Below are positions 1 to 7,986 of a DNA stretch of 64,000 nucleotides, in pieces. The DNA is from Minisyncoccota bacterium (GTDB taxonomy: Bacteria > Patescibacteriota > Minisyncoccia > Phycocordibacterales > UBA6065), in assembly GCA_035546035.1 (NCBI GenBank), contig DASZXC010000003.1, forward strand, positions 479 to 64,478, given 5' to 3'. A program made the translations under genes and the position numbers. The notes beneath the pieces were generated by a model. The model made no database searches and was not told the DNA's origin. It was given only the letters and a program-made list of their open reading frames with translations. The stretch's first letter is position 1; every line of letters begins with the position of its first letter.

Positions 1-108
1 CACGACGAGTCTGCTGGCGGTTCAAGCTTCGGAGCATCCGCAAGGAGCTCCTCTCGATCAGGTCTAAGCCGGTCCTCTCGGCAGGGGATCGGATTCGTAT
101 CGGCGACC

Positions 109-450
109 TTGGAGACAAGGCCGTCGAAGTCCGGAAACAATCGAGGGCCTCCCGGCCCGAATTTGCCTCGCTTCGCAGGCTCTTTCAGGACACATATGAA
201 GACAAGAGTCAGAACCATCGCCGATCTCGGGGTTGGTCCCCAGGAATCGGTATTCGAGAGGGCGGCGAGATTCGTCTCCCTCCGTCTCACGGCAAAGCAT
301 AAGCTCTGCCTGGCTATGGTCGGAGCCTGTATCGGATCGTACGTCACCCTCGGTCTCGTGAGATGCGCTGCCGTAGCGCTCTCCGACGACCCGGGCATCG
401 TTTACATCCCGGCTCTCGACTGGTGGTGGATCCTGCTTTTCGCACGATAA
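109..450 (+). CDS. Small hypothetical membrane protein (true start may be a downstream ATG, MKTRVRT...)
   Basis: ORF with hydrophobic C-terminal segments (LCLAMVGACIGSYVTLGLV, WWWILLF), followed by a terminator hairpin. Confidence 0.45.
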   Translation: METRPSKSGNNRGPPGPNLPRFAGSFRTHMKTRVRTIADLGVGPQESVFERAARFVSLRLTAKHKLCLAMVGACIGSYVTLGLVRCAAVALSDDPGIVYIPALDWWWILLFAR

Positions 451-472
451 GCCGGTTCCGCCCCAAGGTTTC

Positions 473-506
473 AAAAGGCGCTCTCCAGATCAGAGGGCGC
501 CTTTTT
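473..506 (+). terminator. Intrinsic terminator
   Basis: aaaaggcgctct...agagggcgccttttt hairpin with T tail. Confidence 0.7.
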
Positions 507-518
507 ATCGCTCTTTCG

Positions 519-547
519 TTGCGATTCGGCCCTCTTTTTGCTATATT
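519..547 (+). promoter_or_regulatory. Sigma70-type promoter upstream of the tRNA
   Basis: TTGCGA-N17-TATATT with TG extension. Confidence 0.6.
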
Positions 548-616
548 TCTGGGGCGTTACAAGGTCCTGGCGAACTCGTATCAACGCCATTCCGGGCCGC
601 CTGTAGCATTGAAAAT

Positions 617-689
617 GCGCGTATAGCTCAGTTGGTAGAGCACATCACTGATACTGATGGGGTCCTAGGTTCAAATCCTAGTACGCGCA
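617..689 (+). tRNA. tRNA-Ile(GAT), CCA not encoded
   Basis: Acceptor GCGCGTA/TACGCGC, D arm GCTC-AGTTGGTA-GAGC, anticodon arm CATCA-CTGATAC-TGATG, T arm CTAGG-TTCAAAT-CCTAG, discriminator A. Confidence 0.93.
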
Positions 690-752
690 CAGCGAAAGGA
701 ACCGACATGGTCGGTTTTTCCTTTCCGAAATTAGACTTAAATCCACACAACC

Positions 753-2165
753 TTGAACAAGAAGACCAAGATCGTCTGCACTATCGGACCGGCTACCGAA
801 TCCCAGCCGCAGCTCGAAAAGCTCCTCCGGGCGGGCATGAACGTCATGCGCCTCAACTTCTCGCACGGCGACTTCAGCGAGCATGGCAACCGCGTGAAGA
901 ATCTCAAGAAGGCGATAGAGGAGACCGGCATCCCTGCGGCGATCCTTCAGGACCTCGGCGGCCCGAAGATCCGTATCGGCACGTTCAAGACCGAGTCGGT
1001 CATGCTCAAGGAAGGCGCCAAGTTCACGCTCACGACCGACAAGGTCGAAGGCGACGAGGCGCGCGTATCGGTGAACTATCCTAATTTCGCGAAAGAGGTC
1101 AAGAAGGGTCATATCGTCTTCCTCCATGACGGCAGGAAGAAGCTCGAAGTCCTCGAGGTGAAGGGCAATAGCGTCGTCTGCAAGATCCTCGTCGGCGGCG
1201 AGATCAAGGGCAAGCGCGGCGTGAATCTCCCCGATTCCGACCTCACCATCTCGTCCCTCACTCCGAAGGACCTCGCCGACCTCGAATTCGGCATCAAGAA
1301 CAAGGTCGATTTCATGGCGCTCTCGTTCGTGCGCCGCGCGTCCGATATCACCGAACTCCGCGACATCCTCAAGGCCAAGAAATCCAAGGCCAAGATCATA
1401 GCCAAGATCGAGACTCCGCAGGCCCTCGCGTGCATAGACGAGATCATCGCGCTCGCTGACGGTATCATGGTCGCCCGCGGAGACCTTGCCATCGAGATCC
1501 CCGCAGAGAAAGTCCCTGCGGCCCAGAAGATGCTCATCAGGAAGTGCAACGAGGCGGGCAAGCCGGTCATCACCGCGACCCAGATGCTCGAATCGATGAT
1601 CAAGGCGCCGGTCCCTACGCGCGCAGAGGTCTCCGACGTCGCGAACGCCATTATAGACGGTACCGACGCTATCATGCTCTCCGAAGAGACGACGCTCGGC
1701 GACTATCCCGTACAGGCCGTCGAAGTCATGAATAAGGTCGCTCTCCAGGCGGAGGCGGGCATGGTCAAGAAGCAGCTCCTGGAGACCGTTCCCGGCGTCC
1801 TCTACGCTTCCGGCGAGTCGATCACGGCTTCGGCGGTGAAGCTCGCCGACAGGGTCGGCGCGAAGTTCCTGGTCTCGTTCACCGAGAGCGGCAAGAGCGC
1901 CCGATCCATGTCGCGCCATAAGCCCGACCAGCATATCGTCGTATTCACGCCGAACGAGCTCACGTTCCGCCAGTCCATATTGTCGTGGGCGACGATGCCG
2001 GTCCTCGTGAAGCGCACGACCGATTTCAACGAGGTCGCCAAGATGGTTCGCGACCATTTCCTGAAGTCCAAGCTCGCCAAGAAGGGAGACAAGGTCGTCA
2101 TCGCGTCCGCTCTGCCGTTCGGCGCGGGCACCGAGACGAACATGCTCCTCATAGAGACTTTGTAG
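753..2165 (+). CDS. pyk: Pyruvate kinase
   Basis: KTKIVCTIGPA, RLNFSHG, DLGGPKIR, IIAKIE, DGIMVARGDL, ATQMLESM, MLSEET motifs; TTG start. Confidence 0.98.
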   Translation: MNKKTKIVCTIGPATESQPQLEKLLRAGMNVMRLNFSHGDFSEHGNRVKNLKKAIEETGIPAAILQDLGGPKIRIGTFKTESVMLKEGAKFTLTTDKVEGDEARVSVNYPNFAKEVKKGHIVFLHDGRKKLEVLEVKGNSVVCKILVGGEIKGKRGVNLPDSDLTISSLTPKDLADLEFGIKNKVDFMALSFVRRASDITELRDILKAKKSKAKIIAKIETPQALACIDEIIALADGIMVARGDLAIEIPAEKVPAAQKMLIRKCNEAGKPVITATQMLESMIKAPVPTRAEVSDVANAIIDGTDAIMLSEETTLGDYPVQAVEVMNKVALQAEAGMVKKQLLETVPGVLYASGESITASAVKLADRVGAKFLVSFTESGKSARSMSRHKPDQHIVVFTPNELTFRQSILSWATMPVLVKRTTDFNEVAKMVRDHFLKSKLAKKGDKVVIASALPFGAGTETNMLLIETL

Positions 2166-2175
2166 TCTGCGATTT

Positions 2176-2247
2176 ACAGGCAAATAAAAAGACTCCGTAA
2201 CGTCCCGCCAGGCCCTGGGACGTTACGGAGTCTTTTTATTTGCCTGT
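2176..2247. terminator. Bidirectional terminator / long palindrome (31-bp perfect arms)
   Basis: acaggcaaataaaaagactccgtaacgtccc-gccaggccct-gggacgttacggagtctttttatttgcctgt between convergent genes. Confidence 0.85.
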
Positions 2248-3135
2248 GACGATACAAACTACAGAACCTCTAAAATGAGCGCCTTTGTTTATGGCACGGA
2301 TGAGTCCCGCGAGGCCGAGCGCGCCGTTGGCGGTCGCGGCGATGCCCTCTTTTTTCAAAAGCGCTATGGCACGCGCGATATCGGCATTCGATACGATCCA
2401 GCCTGTGCCACCAGTTCCTTTAATCGCTTCGACGACCGCTCCTTTGCGGTTAACGGCCTTGTCTACGATCGCGTCGGCGAGAGATATCTCGGGCTCGCTT
2501 TCCTCGGCAGAGAATTCGCGGGCGAGAGGGGAGTTGCCGGATGTCTGGACGATATGGACCTGCGGCACCGGCCCGGCGCCGTCCTTATCGTCTTTTTGCC
2601 AGCGCTCGATGAAATGCTTTGCCAATGCTTCCGCCGTCGTGCCTGACGACGTTCCTATGAATACGGCCGACAGACCGGGCGTCGCATCCATTTCCATGGC
2701 GAGCTCGGTATATCCAACGAGGGCGGCGTCGTCGGTAGACTGGCGAAGGCTTTCCTTGCCCCCGCCCTGGATCAGGCGGAACAGGGCCTGGAGCGGGCGA
2801 GGGGTCTCTTCTATGGTGATAGCGGGATCTTTGATCTCGTCCATGAGGGCCTTTCGCTTGGCTGGATTCATCTTTTCCCCGACGAGGATCGAAAGCGTCA
2901 GGCCGTCGCCGTTTACATTGCGCTCCTGGATGTGGCGCACCGCGGCGAGCGCGGCATTGCCCGACGACGATATGGCGAAATCTTTTTTGCCTTCGGCGAT
3001 CTTCAGGTCTATCATCACTGGTATCGAGCGGCCCTTGTGCGAGCCGTACGGATGGAGGTCTTCGCGCTTGAAATAGAGCCTGTCGAGGCCCAGTTCTTTG
3101 GCTATCTCCGGAGCTTCTGTCTGTGGAGTCTTCAC
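2236..3135 (-). CDS. PLP-dependent enzyme, fold type II (threonine synthase/cysteine synthase-like)
   Basis: FKREDLHPYGSHKGR (PLP lysine), SSSGNAA, FIGTSSGTT phosphate loop. Confidence 0.85.
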   Translation of the reverse strand: MKTPQTEAPEIAKELGLDRLYFKREDLHPYGSHKGRSIPVMIDLKIAEGKKDFAISSSGNAALAAVRHIQERNVNGDGLTLSILVGEKMNPAKRKALMDEIKDPAITIEETPRPLQALFRLIQGGGKESLRQSTDDAALVGYTELAMEMDATPGLSAVFIGTSSGTTAEALAKHFIERWQKDDKDGAGPVPQVHIVQTSGNSPLAREFSAEESEPEISLADAIVDKAVNRKGAVVEAIKGTGGTGWIVSNADIARAIALLKKEGIAATANGALGLAGLIRAINKGAHFRGSVVCIVTGK

Positions 3136-3210
3136 GTTCCTATACTAGCCTTTTTGCAGTACTATATAAAGCGTTTCGCGATTTAACCCGGCTTAAACAA
3201 AACAATCCGT

Positions 3211-3375
3211 ATGAAATGCGTCTGCCCTGAATGCAAGAACGATATCGATATGTCGCGGTATCCGCAGGTAGCCCAAAAGCACGTGATCGAGTGCGACAGA
3301 TGCGGAATAGTGCTCGAGGTCACGAATATTATGAACGGCGTCGTAGAGACCGAGATAGTAGACGAAGGCAAGTAA
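3211..3375 (+). CDS. LysW-like zinc-ribbon carrier protein, 54 aa (not in ORF track)
   Basis: Translated by hand: MKCVCPECKNDIDMSRYPQVAQKHVIECDRCGIVLEVTNIMNGVVETEIVDEGK; CPEC...CxxCG.xLEV pattern of LysW. Confidence 0.8.
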   Translation: MKCVCPECKNDIDMSRYPQVAQKHVIECDRCGIVLEVTNIMNGVVETEIVDEGK

Positions 3376-3446
3376 TAAGCACTAAAAACACCCCATAATG
3401 TCCCGCCAGGCCCTGGGACGTCTTAGGGTTTTTTTAGTGCTTATTA
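3373..3446. terminator. Bidirectional terminator sharing a 20-bp core with the 2176-2247 palindrome
   Basis: taataagcactaaaaa...gtccc-gccaggccct-gggac...tttttagtgcttatta between convergent genes. Confidence 0.8.
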
Positions 3447-4910
3447 TTTTCCTGCAAGGGCCTTTACCGTTTCCTCTATCATTCCACGGAATCCGTGCGA
3501 GCCGAGGAATGCTATGGCATCGCCTTCGCCCCTCGCGCGCGCGAGGAATTTCACGAGCTCCGCGTCGTCGTCTATATAATGGACGTCTTTGTGCGACTCT
3601 TTGACGAGAGCGGCGAGCTCTTCTCCTTCGAATGTCTTTTCAGGATCGGTCGGATCAGCCTTCAATTTAGTGAGGCGCGGGATGACCACGGTATCGGCAT
3701 CCCTGAACGCATCTTTATATGAGGGCTTGGACTGCTCGGTACGGTTGCCGGTATTCGGCTCGTACACGGCGACGATGAGGCCCGGATATATAGAACGGAT
3801 GATGGCGAGCGCTGATCTGGCTTTCTCCGGAGAGTGGGCGATGTCGTCTATGACGGCGACCTCGTGCTCGTAGCGCTTTTCGAGGCGGCGCTTCATGCCC
3901 CTGAACGTCGCTATGGCGTCGGTGATGTCGCCCGGAGCGATGCCGATCTCTCGCGCCATGGCGAAACAACCGGTGATATTCTCGGCATTGTATCCGCCGA
4001 GGAGGGGCGATTTGATACCGTACGCTTTGCCGTGATAGACGATGTCGAATGCAATGCCCTCGTGCGAGCCTTTGACGTTCTCATAGCGATAGTCGGCTTT
4101 CTCGTCCTTGCCATAGCTCACGTATTCGCGCTTCAAGCCGGCAAGGAGCTTCGGCACCGCTTCCGTATCGGCGCATGCGACGATCAGCCCGTTCTTTTTG
4201 CCGCCTTTGCCGTCGGCTTTCGGCGCGGGAACCGACGCGACGAGCGCTTTGAACGCGTCGAGGTAGCTTTTCTCCGTAGGGTAGACGTCGGCATGATCCC
4301 ATTTGACGGCGGTGAGCATGAGATGCGTCGGCTTGTAGTGGGCGAACTTCGGGCGCTTGTCCCATTTCGCCGTCGTATATTCGTCGCCTTCGATGACCGA
4401 CCATTCGCCCGCATCTATCGCTGCCGATGCCGAATTGTCTTGGGTGACGCCGCCGACCATGTATGAAGGCTTCATATCGGCATGTTTCAAGATATGGGAG
4501 AGAAGCGCTGACGACGTCGTCTTGCCGTAGGTGCCGGTAACGACGATCGAATGAGGCTTGATAATATGCTCGCCCGCCGCTTCAGGGAAAGACATGAACG
4601 GGATACCATGCTCTTTCACGTACAAGAGCTCTGGATTCTTGGTCGAAATGGCGTTGCCCACGATGACGAGATCAGGCGCTCCACCCCCGACCATTTTTTC
4701 AGGATGAAAACCAGGATAATAGGGAATGCCGAGATCAGTGAGATTGGTCGAAACGGGCGGGAAGAAGCCGGAATCCGAGCCGGTCACTTTATAGCCCTTC
4801 TGCCAGAGAGCCGTCGCGACGGCGCTCATAGCCACGCCGCATATGCCGATGAAATGGACTTTCTGGGTCTTTTGGGCGGCACCTTTCTTATTCGTGATGG
4901 TATTTTTCAT
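3444..4910 (-). CDS. mpl: Mur ligase, Mpl-like (murein peptide ligase; MurC family)
   Basis: HFIGICGVAM, VTGSD..FPP.S, PDLVIVGNA, GTYGKTTS P-loop, EGDEY.TA.WDKRPKF.HY, DHADVY, DDIAHSP; closer to Mpl than to MurC. Confidence 0.8.
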   Translation of the reverse strand: MKNTITNKKGAAQKTQKVHFIGICGVAMSAVATALWQKGYKVTGSDSGFFPPVSTNLTDLGIPYYPGFHPEKMVGGGAPDLVIVGNAISTKNPELLYVKEHGIPFMSFPEAAGEHIIKPHSIVVTGTYGKTTSSALLSHILKHADMKPSYMVGGVTQDNSASAAIDAGEWSVIEGDEYTTAKWDKRPKFAHYKPTHLMLTAVKWDHADVYPTEKSYLDAFKALVASVPAPKADGKGGKKNGLIVACADTEAVPKLLAGLKREYVSYGKDEKADYRYENVKGSHEGIAFDIVYHGKAYGIKSPLLGGYNAENITGCFAMAREIGIAPGDITDAIATFRGMKRRLEKRYEHEVAVIDDIAHSPEKARSALAIIRSIYPGLIVAVYEPNTGNRTEQSKPSYKDAFRDADTVVIPRLTKLKADPTDPEKTFEGEELAALVKESHKDVHYIDDDAELVKFLARARGEGDAIAFLGSHGFRGMIEETVKALAGK

Positions 4911-5310
4911 TCCGGAGTATCGTGAAAGCCCGGTAGAGCTGTTCTAGGAATATAGCACGCACGAGGTCGTGCGGGAACGTCATGGACGAGAGCGCGATCG
5001 ATCCGTCGGCGAGAGCACGGACTTCGTCCGAGAATCCGAATGGCCCGCCCACGACGAACACGGCGGATCTTATGCCCGCATTCAACTGCTTCTGGATGAA
5101 ATCGGCGAATTCGACCGATCGATATGCGCGGCCTTTTTCATCGAGCAGGAAAATGCGGTCGTATTTTTCGAGATTTTTCATGAGCTTATCGTCGGTCGTC
5201 TCGACGATATCGAATCCGCTGTAACGATCGATGCGCGACGAATAATCGGCGACGAGCGCCGCGACGTTCGGGTCTTGGGTCTTTCCTACGACAACGAGAG
5301 AGATCTTCAT
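4888..5310 (-). CDS. rlmH: 23S rRNA (pseudouridine1915-N3)-methyltransferase
   Basis: LLDEKG, FVVGGPFG, LSSMTFPHDLVR.IFLEQLYRAFTI, YHHE end. Confidence 0.96.
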   Translation of the reverse strand: MKISLVVVGKTQDPNVAALVADYSSRIDRYSGFDIVETTDDKLMKNLEKYDRIFLLDEKGRAYRSVEFADFIQKQLNAGIRSAVFVVGGPFGFSDEVRALADGSIALSSMTFPHDLVRAIFLEQLYRAFTILRNEKYHHE

Positions 5311-5311
5311 A

Positions 5312-5968
5312 TCATGGTTTAAGCAGTTCCTTGAGAGGCTCTATGTCCGTGCGCCATCTCTCGCCGTCGAACCATTCGCCGCCCTTGAACTGGAGCTTGT
5401 AGGTGTCGGTAGGGCGGGAGAGCGAGCCGAGATATACGTATCTCTTGTTGCATTCTTTGGCCTTCTGAAGGACCATGGTCATCATGCCGAGGCCGCGCGA
5501 CGGCTCGCGCGCGTCTTCGATGTAGAAAGGGAAGGCGTAGTGGAATATGTTCGCGCTGCGATATCCGATAACGAAGCCGATCTGCGAAGATCGGCGCGCG
5601 TCGCCGAATACGAGGAGCAGGTTGAAGTTGCTCTTGTCGGCGTCGGTGATGACCTCGCGCGCCTTGTTGGCGGTAAAGACGCTGTCGCCGAATTTCGCGT
5701 AGAAATCCTTGGCGAGCTTGCCGATCTGCCAGGAATAATCCTTGTAGGGCAGGGCCTCGGCCTCGAGGGCGAGATTTTCGGCTTTGCGGAGGATGCGCCG
5801 GTTCTCGCTCGAGAGTTCGAATCTGGAGAGATCGACGCGGAACGAGCGCGTCTGGTTCATGACGCCCTTGCCGACGCGCGTGAAGACATAGCCTTTATCG
5901 TACATCCGTTCGATGTTTTCGGGAGAAAGATCTGCTATGACCCGGCTGTCCCATGTGAGATATGACAT
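5312..5968 (-). CDS. ATE1/Bpt-like aminoacyl-tRNA--protein transferase (GNAT fold)
   Basis: RVDLSRFELSSENRRILRK, FPFY...SRGLG, YVYLG...YKLQF...EWFDG..W resemble the ATE_C pattern. Confidence 0.7.
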   Translation of the reverse strand: MSYLTWDSRVIADLSPENIERMYDKGYVFTRVGKGVMNQTRSFRVDLSRFELSSENRRILRKAENLALEAEALPYKDYSWQIGKLAKDFYAKFGDSVFTANKAREVITDADKSNFNLLLVFGDARRSSQIGFVIGYRSANIFHYAFPFYIEDAREPSRGLGMMTMVLQKAKECNKRYVYLGSLSRPTDTYKLQFKGGEWFDGERWRTDIEPLKELLKP

Positions 5969-5996
5969 ATGCGTGCGCGCGAGGCGCCCTATATTC

Positions 5997-7130
5997 CTAG
6001 TGAAGCCCTATCCAGACGCCGATGAGCACCATGCCGAGGTGCACGATCCACATGCGCATGATGACTTTTTCCTCGCTCCAGCCTTTCAATTCGAGGTGAT
6101 GATGCAAGGGCGCCATGCGGAATACGCGACGGCCGAATACGTGGCGACCGACGGATTGCACGAGTACGGTCGCAGCTTCGGCATAGAACATGAATGCGAT
6201 GAAGGGAAGTATGGCCATGCTGTTCACCGCCAATGCGTTGATGGCGAGCAATCCGCCGAGGCCGAGCGATCCGACGTCTCCCATCTGAAAGCGCGCAGGC
6301 TTTACGTTGAAATAAGTATAGGTGATGAGCGCTCCCACGGTTACCGCGTTCAGTATGGCGAGAGCGTCATAGCCCGCGATCCACGACAGGAATGCGAGCG
6401 CGCCGAATGTCGGGATGAGCATGCCTCCGGCCAAGCCGTCCATGCCGTCGGATACGTTCACGGCATTGGCGGTGAACATGACGACGAAGATGATGAGGGG
6501 AATAAGGAAGCCGTCGATCGAGACGAGCCCGTGAAAAGGGACGTATATGTCCCGCCACGCTTCGCCGAGCTTGTAATAGATCCACCAGACGGATACGGCG
6601 CCCGCGGCGAACTGGAGCAGGAGCTTTTCATGGACGAGGACGCCCGTACGCTGTTTGGATCCGAATATAGTCGTCGCGCGCTTGAAGACCGTCCAGGGCA
6701 GCGTGACGACGAGCCAGAGGCGGTAGAGGATGTTCTTGTGGACGCGTATGAGCGTCATCGTCTGCGACAGGCTCCTCTGGCGGCGGCCAGAGCCGAACGT
6801 ATTCAAAAGGTCGTCGAATGCGCCGAGAGCGGCGGACAAAAGCATGACGCCGACCGGTACCCACGTGTATCGGCGGTCCCAGTCAAAGAAATAGGCGAGC
6901 GCGGCGACCGTTACGATGACGAGGAGACCGCCCATGATCGGCGTATTCGCCTTTTCCGATCGGGATTCGAGGCCGAGCGTCTTGTCGCCTTCCGATTTGC
7001 GGACGATCCTCCCCCGGCGGAGGATCTTTATCAGAAACGGCGCCCATGCAAGGCTCGTCAGGCATGCTACGATGCCGAATCCGATGATGGTCGTAAGGCT
7101 ATGTATCTGAAGGGGGAGAAAGTCCGTCAT
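5997..7130 (-). CDS. mraY: Phospho-N-acetylmuramoyl-pentapeptide transferase (MraY family), with insertion
   Basis: TPIMGG, GAFDD, NAVNVSDGMDGL, PARFQMGDVGS, FRMAPLHHHLELKGWSE. Confidence 0.9.
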   Translation of the reverse strand: MTDFLPLQIHSLTTIIGFGIVACLTSLAWAPFLIKILRRGRIVRKSEGDKTLGLESRSEKANTPIMGGLLVIVTVAALAYFFDWDRRYTWVPVGVMLLSAALGAFDDLLNTFGSGRRQRSLSQTMTLIRVHKNILYRLWLVVTLPWTVFKRATTIFGSKQRTGVLVHEKLLLQFAAGAVSVWWIYYKLGEAWRDIYVPFHGLVSIDGFLIPLIIFVVMFTANAVNVSDGMDGLAGGMLIPTFGALAFLSWIAGYDALAILNAVTVGALITYTYFNVKPARFQMGDVGSLGLGGLLAINALAVNSMAILPFIAFMFYAEAATVLVQSVGRHVFGRRVFRMAPLHHHLELKGWSEEKVIMRMWIVHLGMVLIGVWIGLH

Positions 7131-7170
7131 GAGGCCCAGTATAGGCCAAAAGGCGACTTAAATAAAGGTT

Positions 7171-7986
7171 TTAAGCCAGGAATACGAGCCGGCGTACCGA
7201 GACTTCTTTTGCCCCGCGGGCGCTTTCAAGCGTATAGTTTTCCGGACCCGTCGCTCCTTTCTCTTTCCAGACCCCTTTGCCGCGGGCGATGTCACCCATG
7301 GTCTCGCCGGCAGGGACGAATATGTCGCCTTCGCGTACGCCGTGATCGGTCGTGCCGTCGGAAGGCCATGCGTATGAGTGCGCATATGAAAGCCTGATAC
7401 CGTTCGACGATCGCTCGACTCCCGTGATGACGAGCATGTGGTTATAGAGTCCGTCCTTACCCGTGCCCATGAACGTGATTATATCGCCCGGGCGCGCGTC
7501 GCTGGCCGCGATCTCGGCGCTATTCCTTTCGTTTGCGAACGTCGCTACGCCCATGTTCTCGGCAGGACGGAGACGCGCTATGAGCGAGCCTATGAAGCCC
7601 GAGCGGTTCGATCGCACGAACGCCGAGATGTTTCTGCCGCGCTTTTCCTGGGCGACGGCATTCAATACATGGTATGCGAAACCGGAGCAGTCGACGCCGA
7701 GGTCATGGGCGACGAGGAATTCCTTTAGTTTATCCGTCGAAAGCGTCGCCACGTTCACGCGCGAGTGCTTCGCGTCTATGTCCGCCTCTTCGGCGATCTC
7801 TTCAGGCGAGCCTTTGCCTTTGAGGACGCGCAACTGGCTGCGCGTCTTATGGCGCTTATTATTGAAATATGGGCACGAAGGCTTGGTCCCCAAAGGAAGG
7901 GCGAGGTATGCGTCGATGACCGCTCGAGCCCTGCCTTCGAGCTTCTCGGTCTCCGGTTTCGTTATCTCTACGGCGTCTTGATGCAT
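7171..7986 (-). CDS. NlpC/P60-family cysteine peptidase/amidase, no signal peptide
   Basis: GVDCSGF (catalytic Cys), RPGDII.F, NHMLVI (His), YAHS. Confidence 0.75.
   Translation of the reverse strand: MHQDAVEITKPETEKLEGRARAVIDAYLALPLGTKPSCPYFNNKRHKTRSQLRVLKGKGSPEEIAEEADIDAKHSRVNVATLSTDKLKEFLVAHDLGVDCSGFAYHVLNAVAQEKRGRNISAFVRSNRSGFIGSLIARLRPAENMGVATFANERNSAEIAASDARPGDIITFMGTGKDGLYNHMLVITGVERSSNGIRLSYAHSYAWPSDGTTDHGVREGDIFVPAGETMGDIARGKGVWKEKGATGPENYTLESARGAKEVSVRRLVFLA

Noticed and set aside
553-610. SRP RNA or tmRNA fragment
   Set aside because: Lacks the SRP helix-8 motif and tmRNA ends; kept only as an unknown hairpin
632-1084. 150-aa ORF starting inside the tRNA
   Set aside because: Overlaps the tRNA and pyk in another frame
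678-2183. 501-aa antisense ORF over pyk, and similar long shadow ORFs (e.g. 5913-7397, 11408-13399, 31131-32786, 41046-43499, 55880-57463)
   Set aside because: They lie opposite well-supported genes, have no motifs, and are expected where high GC and codon bias make TTA/CTA/TCA codons rare
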